Assembly: GCA_036170655.1 (NCBI GenBank)
Contig: JAVHPP010000043.1
Span: 1 to 16,956, forward strand
Origin: Candidatus Zixiibacteriota bacterium
Lineage (GTDB): Bacteria; Zixibacteria; MSB-5A5; WJJR01
DNA length: 16,956 bases
Reading direction: 5' to 3'
Part shown: positions 8,101 through 15,184 of the stretch, piece by piece
How positions within the stretch are numbered: the stretch's first letter is position 1
How the letters are laid out: every line of letters starts with the position of its first letter
Notes under the pieces: generated by a model
What the model saw: the letters and a program-made list of their open reading frames with translations, nothing else
What the model was told of the DNA's origin: nothing
The model's database searches: none
Made by a program: the position numbers and the translations under genes

Positions 8101-8148
8101 CGCCAATTTTTAGACAGAATGCCTAATCTTGTTGTCAAAAAGTGGACA
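8101..8148. promoter_or_regulatory. Pair of putative enhancer (bEBP UAS) sites
   Basis: CGCCAATTTTTAGACA (8101-8116) and TGTCAAAAAGTGGACA (8133-8148): TGTC-N8-GACA-type dyads with AT-rich cores, 32 bp apart, about 120-170 bp upstream of the sigma54 TSS. Confidence 0.6.
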
Positions 8149-8407
8149 CCAAAAGCGATCCGGGTCGGCTGTGCAGACAAGACCGCTGGATGACGTAGCG
8201 GAGCCGCTTTCCGTCTTGGTATCTGGTTTGCGTTTATGCTTGACAGCCTTCAGGGACTGAAAAGCAGCCCGTCTTAGGCGGGCAGTACAATTGAATGAAG
8301 GCCAAAGGGATGCGAAGATTGGGACAAGCACCCCAGAGAGCAGGCAGACAATGGCTGGTCAACGGTTTGCGGATTCTATGAATATGAATTATCTCAGCGG
8401 TGGTAAC

Positions 8408-8436
8408 TTGACAAAAGCGCCTTCAAGTGCTACATT
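8408..8436 (+). promoter_or_regulatory. Putative sigma70 promoter of giant protein gene 1
   Basis: TTGACA (8408-8413), 17-bp spacer, TACATT (8431-8436), with an extended -10 TG. Confidence 0.65.
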
Positions 8437-8759
8437 GGTGAGTGTTCGTGAAGAACTTAGGAGGATCGAACGTACTCCATTATACCGCAATCGATTACTG
8501 TCTGGGACGGGTGTCACGCAGCCAGCCCCGCTGGCATTGCAAAGCCACCTTGCCCGAGGCGACTCGACCAGTAGAACAAGTCTCTACTACCGGGTCAGCA
8601 ACACAAAGTGGGCTGGCTCAGCCCATCACAGGATGATTCAAGAGTCTTTCGCGAGCCGGGGGGCTTGCGTCCAATTTCTCGCGTGGGCGAAGACTTTTTG
8701 TGGCACTCAGTGCGGATTCCCGGGGGTGACGCTTGAATAATGTCTGCTCAGGAGGCGCG

Positions 8760-11700
8760 TTGCGTAAATTCCCTTTGATCCTTCGCGTGGCTGGTCTGGC
8801 TCTTTTTGTGATGATCGCCATGTGGCCACCGGCACAGGCCACAATGCCAGCGTCCAACCTGTCAACAGAACAGTCGGAGACGAGACCAGGGGTGATCGCC
8901 GATTCCCTGTCGCAGATCGCCGCCGGTTACTACGTTGCCGAACCTTCGGTACAAACCATTCTCGACGAAGCGGCGCCGGGCCTGTCGGCAGCGAGAGACG
9001 AGCGAGTGTCGGAATGGTTCTGCACGCCTCCGGGCATGGTCGTGGTCCGGGTCGTGGCCAGGTATAGTAATGCGTCCCGTGAAAATGGTGTTGGGTGGTA
9101 CTCGATCCATTCGCCTTCGGACCCGCTCGTTGTGCTGCCACCGTCTGTCCAGGTGGGCGATTCGGCCGTGTTCTTTTTGAGCGCTGGCGACTCGCTCGGA
9201 TGGACGTTGATTCGTACCTCCGGGAGCTCATGGCGCAGCCAAATGGCGCTTAATCGCGACAGGCAGTCCCATGTCAAGGTCTACCAGACCGCGAATCCGG
9301 AAGAGTATCTCCTGTTCTGGGAAGATCTTGGCGGCCTGACCGACAATGATTTCAATGATTTGGTGCTGCTGGTCCGCCTGCCGGTCAGCGCCCCCAAGCT
9401 GTCGGTCACACCGATGCGGACACCCGGTCTGCGATGGCGTCCGGGTACTCCCATCGACTTGAGCATTACTGCGAGTCACTACGATTGTGACAACGATTCC
9501 TTGACGCTGAAATTGGTCGATGGTCCCGGCACATTTGGCGGGGCACGTGGCATCGGGCTGGTCAAAGGCCAGCACCAATTTACTCCTCCAGCAACCGGCT
9601 TGTATTCGTTCGTCTTCGCGGCCAAGAGCAGCGCGGGAGCGTCAGCGTACGACACATTGACGCTGGGCGTGAACGCACCGCTGACCCCGGAGATCTCTAT
9701 CAACATGAACAACACGATGACGATTTGCCGTCCGGAGACCGTCTGTGTTCCGTTTCACGTTCTCAGTCCCTGTCCGTTGAGTGGATTCCGGACCAGTTCA
9801 CCGGCGTTTGTCAAGTTGCCGGACAGTTCGCTGTGCATTTATGTTGACCGCACGAGCAGTTTCTCTGTCAGTCTGGTGGCGCTCGATCAGTGCGGCGGCA
9901 AGGATTCCGTCCGGGTGGGCTTCAACATCACGCGGAATCAGCCAGCGGCGGTAATCGCCCCAAGTGTGATCGATACGCTGCTATGCAAGGCCAGCTGGAT
10001 ATGTATTCCCATCGGTGTCACCGGGACCGCGCCAGTCAGCGTCAGCGCGGTCTCCCCTGCCGTCTACAATGCCAACACGAAGACCGTTTGCTACAAGGTG
10101 AACACTCCGGGGACGCATCACGTGAAGATGATTGCCGCCAACAGTTGCGGGCCGGAGACCACCGTGACGGAGATCCACGCGGTGTTCAACTCGCCGCCGA
10201 CGATCTCCGGCATTCCCAATGACACGGTCAAGGTTTGCCAGACAAGCGGGCCGTATTGCTTTGGGCCAATCACGTGCAGTGATCCAGACGGGAATGGGAA
10301 CGGTTGCCTGCTGGGGCAGTGTCCCGGATCGTTTGACGGACAGTATTGGTGCTACACACCGTCAGGCCCCGGAACCGTGGTCGCCCTCTTTTACTCCAGC
10401 GATGCCTGCGGCGCCGTGACCCTGGACACATTGATCATCCGGTTCGGCGCGGGCAGCGTCAAGCCGAATATCACGTTCACCGACGTGGCGGCAAAGCTCT
10501 GTGCACCAGATTCGGTTTGTGTTCCGTTTTCCATCTCGAATCCAAGCCAACGCCCGCTGCATCTCTCCTTGTCTGGCGTGGGCGCGTTGCATGCGAACGA
10601 CTCCACTGTTTGCCGCATGATCAGTGCAGCCGGTATCTACACAGTTAAGCTCATCGCGACAGACGATTGCGGAAGCGCTGATACGGCGCAGGGTCAGATC
10701 ACCGCGACGATGAACCAGGCACCTGTGGTCGCCTGCACACCGCCGGCAGCAACGACCATCTGTGCGGGCGCGCCGGCGTGTGTGCGGTACACGGCTTCTG
10801 ACACCGATGGCGGCCTCCTGCGGATCGACATCGACGCCGGCGGAACGAAAATCGTGCGACAGGCATTCTCCCCCACGACGGATTCTGCCTGTATCAATGT
10901 CACACAGCCCGGCGCTCAGACCGTACGCGTCATTGTGACGGACTCGTGCGGAGCGGCCGATACGTGCACGTCGATATTCACCATGACGGTCAACACGCCT
11001 CCCACCGCTTCCGTTCGCGACACGGCAATCAATCTTTGCAGTCCACAGTCGATCTGCATTCCATACAGTTGTTCCGACCCGGATAACAATCTTGTGTCCT
11101 GCGCGGCCTCCGGTACAAAATCCGGAACGGCAAATGGGACGACTTTCTCTTTCACACCGGACACCGCCGGTGTCTATCGCGTGACCGTGCTGGCCACCGA
11201 TGCTTGCGGACAGACGAGTCAGAAGATCGCCAATGTTGACGTGCGCTACAACGCGGCGCCGACGATCACATTGACGGACTCGATCATCTTCAACGCGACC
11301 GACAAGGAAACGGTGTGTGTCAGCTATACGGCCACCGATCCGGAAGGAAAACCGCTCACAATTGCGAACATCGGCGGCATCTTGCGGACCGCGACGCACC
11401 AGTTCTGCGTAGTGGCGAGCGCTGGCAATGTTGTCTGCGGACGGATCATTGCCACGGACCCGTGCGGCAAGGCCGACACATCCCAATTGTGTGTCCAGAC
11501 GATCGCGAACCCGACACCCAAACCGAACATTCCTGACACCATCCGGACACGCTTCTGCGGCACCGGCGATGTCTGCGTACGCTTTTCCCTCGGCCCTTCT
11601 AATTGTCCGCCGTTGACGCTGTCGGCGCTTAATGGCGGGGTGGTGCACACGCAAGATTCGACTTTGTGCCTCATGGTGTACGGACCGGGGACCTATCTCA

Positions 11701-14700
11701 CGGGCTTGGTTGCACGGGACAACTGCGGCGCCGAGACGACGATCGTGATCATCCAGGTGAAGGCCAACAACCGACCAGTAATTGTCTGCCCGCAACCCGA
11801 AGTGTTCCGGATCTGCCACGATACGACCATCTGCCTGATCGTGGCCTACGCCGATCCAGACAGCAATTTCGCCAATGCGTCGGTATCGTACGGCACGGTG
11901 GCGCCCGCCTTCAAAGGGCTCTTCAAAGTGTGCATGCCGGTCGACACGAGCGGATGGTACACATCGCGGCTGATCGTACGGGATTCGTGCGGCGCGGCCG
12001 ACACCTGTGACCTCGCGATGCGTGTGTTGCGCAACACGCCGCCGAAAGTCCTGATGCCCAATGACACAGCCCTGTTCCTCTGCTTCCCGCGCGAACTGTG
12101 CTTTCCGGTCAGTTGTTTCGACCCGGATTACAACATTGTACAGTGCGGCCCTGTCAGCCTTGGTGATGCTCACTGGGACGGGACCAGTCTCTGCCTAACG
12201 CCCATCGCCAATGGAACTTATCAATGGGTATTTACGGTGCTGGACGCCTGCGGGGCGCTCGCGGTGGACACATTCCGGGTCACAATTCAGCTCAACCGTC
12301 CGCCGACGATCACGGCGCCGCCCAGCACCCATTTTGTGCTGTGCCAACCGGAGACCGTGTGTGTGCCGTTCACGGTTTCTGACCCGGACGGGGGAACCTT
12401 GATCGTCCTTTCGGACAAAGGTGTCGTCCGTAACGGTCAAGTCTGCCTCTATCGTCAGACCATCGGGACAGAGAACGTCCAGTTGATCGTGAAGGACTCC
12501 TGCTGTTTTGCGGACACGACAACCATCGCAGTCACATTCGATCTGAATGCGCCGCCGACGGTAACAGCGCCGGGAGATTTCACTCGCAATGTCTGCGGGC
12601 TGGGCCAGGTCTGCTTCGGTGTGAACATCCATGATGACCGGCCCCAGTGGACAGCGTCGGTCGCGCCGATTGGCGTCTTCAATCCCACCGATACGACCGT
12701 GTGTTTCTATGCGGATACATCGGGGACGTACCGATTGATCGTTACGGCCACCGATTCCTGCAAAGCCATATCGTCCGACACAGTCAATGTCCGGGTGAAC
12801 TTCAACCATGCGCCGGTGGTTGTTGCGCCGAGCAGCACGCCGTTGACCGCCTGCAGCCCCGGAACGGTCTGCGTGGGCGGAATCTCGGTTACCGATCCAG
12901 ATGGCAATTTGAAACGCACCTACCTGACCGCCGGCACCGGCACGCTCGACGTCCCGGCGGGGACACTCTGCTTTGCCGCCAGCACGTCGGGGACATACTG
13001 TTTTGACATCACGGCCGAGGATTCCTGCGGGACCACAAGCACGCGGCGCATGTGTGTCGTGGTGTCGCTGAACCATGCGCCAACCGTTACGATCAGCGGC
13101 CTGCCGACAACAGCGTTGTACCTGCACCCGACACAAGTCTGCTTTAGCGTGGGGGCAACCGATCCGGATCCGGGGCAGCTCTTTGATCTGCAAATGGTTG
13201 AGGGCGCCGGTGTGTTCACGCGCCAGATCGGACGGTCGAGCATCAATGCGCAGCATTGTTTCACGGCTGACACGACCGGCTGTTACCGGTTCATTTTTGC
13301 GACCGCCGATTCGTGCGGCCTTGCTGGCCGCGACACGGCGACGATCTGTATCCGGATCGAGCCGCCCGATTCGCTATTTCAGATCTGCATCGATACGGTT
13401 CAGTCGCTGAGCGGCCGTAATGTCACGGTCAAGACACGCGGCATTCGCCTGATGGAGATGGGCGGGTACAACTTCCTCATCTGCTATGACCCGACCATGC
13501 TGCACTTTGTCGAGGCCGCTCCGGACACTGCCTTGTCACAGTGGGAGTACTTTACTTTCCGCATCGGCTCGGGGACGAATTGCCTGCCCTGCGGTACCGG
13601 GGTTATCCGTCTGATCGGGATTGCGGACATGAACAACGGTTCACCGCACCCGCCGACAGAGGCCTTCCTGCCGAAGGGTCCGATGCACAACCTCACCTTT
13701 TTCGTGACCGCCGACCGGACATTCATCAATATGTGCGGGGCGGTACGGTTCTGCTCATACGAGTGCGGCGACAACACGATCTCGAGCCGTTCGGGGGACA
13801 CGCTGTATACGGCGTTCACCGGCGTGGCCGACTCCTGCTTCCGGGGCCCCAAGAACATTCCGGTCCGGGCCATCGATTTCTGCGACGGGAGTGTCTGCAT
13901 CATCCCGCCGCCAGACGACCGCGGTGACATGAACTTGAACGGGATCGCCAACGAAGTGGCCGATGCAGTCCTGTACAGCAACTACTTCATCTATGGCCTC
14001 AAGGTCTTTGATCCGATTTACAAGGAGAACCAGATCCTGGCGTCGGATGTGAACTGCGACGGTCTTGTTCTCACCATCTCCGACCTCGTGCGCATGATTC
14101 GTATCGTGACTGGCGAAGACCAGGCACAAGGGTGCCCCGGTGGTCCGGCGAAGGTTGTCGCCGCCGAATACCGGGCGACGGTGACGGCAGAACGGGAGTC
14201 GGGACGGCTCACGGTGTACGTAACCGGCGAGACGGACTTGGGTGGTGTCTTTGTCCGCCTGACAACCAAGAGAGGCAAAGTGAGCCCAATAACATGGGCC
14301 GCTGATTTGGGAGGGCTGACGTCCTACCAGAGTGTGGGGGACGGAGAGGTGCGGGCGCTATTGGTCGCGCGGCGCTCCGGCACAAAGCTGGCGAGCGGTA
14401 CCCACCTTCTGTTCACAATGCCTTGGGATGGAGTGGGAGAATGCCAGGTGCAGGACGCTCAGGCGTCGACCGTCATGGGTGATTTCGTCGAGACCGAGCT
14501 CCTCAACAAGGGAACCGGCATCCCGGCATCATTTGATCTGGAGCAGAACTACCCGAACCCGTTCAACGCCAGCACACAGATTCGCTTCAGCCTGGGTTCG
14601 CCAGCCAAGTGGGACCTGACGATTTTCAACGTACTGGGGCAGCCGGTACGACAGTTCCAGGGGACGAGCGAGCCCGGGCTCGTCACTGTTGAATGGAACG

Positions 14701-14801
14701 CAACCACAGATGATGGGGCTGCTGTCGCGTCGGGGATTTACTTCGCCCGTCTTAAGGCAGGCGACTTCACCGCCACGAAGAAAATGGCGCTTCTAAAGTA
14801 A
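8760..14801 (+). CDS. Giant secreted multidomain protein, 2013 aa: signal peptide, DUF4114-like domain, 15 Ig-like repeats (14 Cys-rich), cohesin-like, dockerin-like, beta domain, FlgD-Ig/T9SS-type C-terminal domain
   Basis: TTG 8760 follows RBS AGGAGG and gives a signal peptide MRKFPLILRVAGLALFVMIAMWPPAQA. FWEDLGGLTDNDFNDLV is DUF4114-like. Repeats follow N-x-x-P...C...C...SDPD...C...G-x-Y...D-x-CG. Paired GDMNLNG/SDVNCDG Ca-loop motifs. C-terminus LEQNYPNPFN...IFNVLGQ...VASGIYFARL...KKMALLK. Confidence 0.9.
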   Translation: MRKFPLILRVAGLALFVMIAMWPPAQATMPASNLSTEQSETRPGVIADSLSQIAAGYYVAEPSVQTILDEAAPGLSAARDERVSEWFCTPPGMVVVRVVARYSNASRENGVGWYSIHSPSDPLVVLPPSVQVGDSAVFFLSAGDSLGWTLIRTSGSSWRSQMALNRDRQSHVKVYQTANPEEYLLFWEDLGGLTDNDFNDLVLLVRLPVSAPKLSVTPMRTPGLRWRPGTPIDLSITASHYDCDNDSLTLKLVDGPGTFGGARGIGLVKGQHQFTPPATGLYSFVFAAKSSAGASAYDTLTLGVNAPLTPEISINMNNTMTICRPETVCVPFHVLSPCPLSGFRTSSPAFVKLPDSSLCIYVDRTSSFSVSLVALDQCGGKDSVRVGFNITRNQPAAVIAPSVIDTLLCKASWICIPIGVTGTAPVSVSAVSPAVYNANTKTVCYKVNTPGTHHVKMIAANSCGPETTVTEIHAVFNSPPTISGIPNDTVKVCQTSGPYCFGPITCSDPDGNGNGCLLGQCPGSFDGQYWCYTPSGPGTVVALFYSSDACGAVTLDTLIIRFGAGSVKPNITFTDVAAKLCAPDSVCVPFSISNPSQRPLHLSLSGVGALHANDSTVCRMISAAGIYTVKLIATDDCGSADTAQGQITATMNQAPVVACTPPAATTICAGAPACVRYTASDTDGGLLRIDIDAGGTKIVRQAFSPTTDSACINVTQPGAQTVRVIVTDSCGAADTCTSIFTMTVNTPPTASVRDTAINLCSPQSICIPYSCSDPDNNLVSCAASGTKSGTANGTTFSFTPDTAGVYRVTVLATDACGQTSQKIANVDVRYNAAPTITLTDSIIFNATDKETVCVSYTATDPEGKPLTIANIGGILRTATHQFCVVASAGNVVCGRIIATDPCGKADTSQLCVQTIANPTPKPNIPDTIRTRFCGTGDVCVRFSLGPSNCPPLTLSALNGGVVHTQDSTLCLMVYGPGTYLTGLVARDNCGAETTIVIIQVKANNRPVIVCPQPEVFRICHDTTICLIVAYADPDSNFANASVSYGTVAPAFKGLFKVCMPVDTSGWYTSRLIVRDSCGAADTCDLAMRVLRNTPPKVLMPNDTALFLCFPRELCFPVSCFDPDYNIVQCGPVSLGDAHWDGTSLCLTPIANGTYQWVFTVLDACGALAVDTFRVTIQLNRPPTITAPPSTHFVLCQPETVCVPFTVSDPDGGTLIVLSDKGVVRNGQVCLYRQTIGTENVQLIVKDSCCFADTTTIAVTFDLNAPPTVTAPGDFTRNVCGLGQVCFGVNIHDDRPQWTASVAPIGVFNPTDTTVCFYADTSGTYRLIVTATDSCKAISSDTVNVRVNFNHAPVVVAPSSTPLTACSPGTVCVGGISVTDPDGNLKRTYLTAGTGTLDVPAGTLCFAASTSGTYCFDITAEDSCGTTSTRRMCVVVSLNHAPTVTISGLPTTALYLHPTQVCFSVGATDPDPGQLFDLQMVEGAGVFTRQIGRSSINAQHCFTADTTGCYRFIFATADSCGLAGRDTATICIRIEPPDSLFQICIDTVQSLSGRNVTVKTRGIRLMEMGGYNFLICYDPTMLHFVEAAPDTALSQWEYFTFRIGSGTNCLPCGTGVIRLIGIADMNNGSPHPPTEAFLPKGPMHNLTFFVTADRTFINMCGAVRFCSYECGDNTISSRSGDTLYTAFTGVADSCFRGPKNIPVRAIDFCDGSVCIIPPPDDRGDMNLNGIANEVADAVLYSNYFIYGLKVFDPIYKENQILASDVNCDGLVLTISDLVRMIRIVTGEDQAQGCPGGPAKVVAAEYRATVTAERESGRLTVYVTGETDLGGVFVRLTTKRGKVSPITWAADLGGLTSYQSVGDGEVRALLVARRSGTKLASGTHLLFTMPWDGVGECQVQDAQASTVMGDFVETELLNKGTGIPASFDLEQNYPNPFNASTQIRFSLGSPAKWDLTIFNVLGQPVRQFQGTSEPGLVTVEWNATTDDGAAVASGIYFARLKAGDFTATKKMALLK
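9387..13373 (+). repeat. Array of 15 protein-level Ig-like repeats of ~84-100 aa
   Basis: Approximate repeat starts: R0 9387, R1 9681, R2 9936, R3 10188, R4 10455, R5 10713, R6 10992, R7 11250, R8 11508, R9 11766, R10 12033, R11 12294, R12 12546, R13 12804, R14 13071. Divergent at the DNA level. Confidence 0.85.
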
Positions 14802-14832
14802 TCCGCTCAGAGACAATGCCTTATATGAGAAC

Positions 14833-14870
14833 CAGGGCGTCGGAAAGAGAACTCGCGGCGCCCTGTTTGT
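14833..14870 (+). terminator. Possible intrinsic terminator after giant gene 1
   Basis: Stem CAGGGCGTCG (14833-14842) / CGGCGCCCTG (14856-14865, one G-U pair), followed by TTTGT. The U tract is short. Confidence 0.5.
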
Positions 14871-14929
14871 CTGGTCGTTGGTCGACATTGATTCGCCTCA
14901 ATTCGACATGAGTTTTTTCTGATAACCCC

Positions 14930-14957
14930 TTGACAATTCTGGGGAGTAGGTTACATT
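14930..14957 (+). promoter_or_regulatory. Putative sigma70 promoter of giant protein gene 2
   Basis: TTGACA (14930-14935), 16-bp spacer, TACATT (14952-14957): the same hexamers as the gene 1 promoter. Confidence 0.55.
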
Positions 14958-15184
14958 TGCACTGGTCGGGAATGGATGCCCGGCGCGTTTGTCGTGATTA
15001 TTACTCGCTCTTGGTGGTAATGAGAATCTGAAGATCGACTGCTTGACTTGTCGCGCGTCCGAAGGGATCGGCCGTATCGGCAAGGAAAGAGCAACACGTT
15101 ACGCTACGTTTAGCAAGATACATTGGCAGCGTCAATCGAATCAGAAGGAGTCACCCTTAGAACCTTAGCGAGAGATTTCCAGCC

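Noticed and set aside
8500..8600. c-di-GMP-I riboswitch suggested by GCAAAGCC
   Set aside because: The preceding GNRA-capped stem and the receptor-containing second stem are not present.
8701..8715. TGGCAC upstream of giant gene 1 as a sigma54 promoter
   Set aside because: GG-to-GC spacing is 8 rather than 10 nt and TTGC is absent.
8110..8857. ORFs 8110..8331, 8291..8740, 8442..8636 and 8618..8857
   Set aside because: No recognisable motifs or good RBS, and they overlap promoter, enhancer and leader elements. 8442..8636 could be a leaderless peptide but I have no support for it.
10362..13256. Long antisense ORFs (603 aa, 353 aa), and similarly 2579..3538, 4293..5666, 5632..6513 and 15224..16180
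   Set aside because: Shadow frames of high-GC genes with clear motifs on the opposite strand; they carry no recognisable domains.
9387..13373. CRISPR array, DNA tandem repeat, multiheme cytochrome or Fe-S interpretation of the periodic Cys-rich region
   Set aside because: The periodicity is only at protein level with diverged DNA; there are no CxxCH or ferredoxin Cys motifs; the protein is exported, which favours disulfides.
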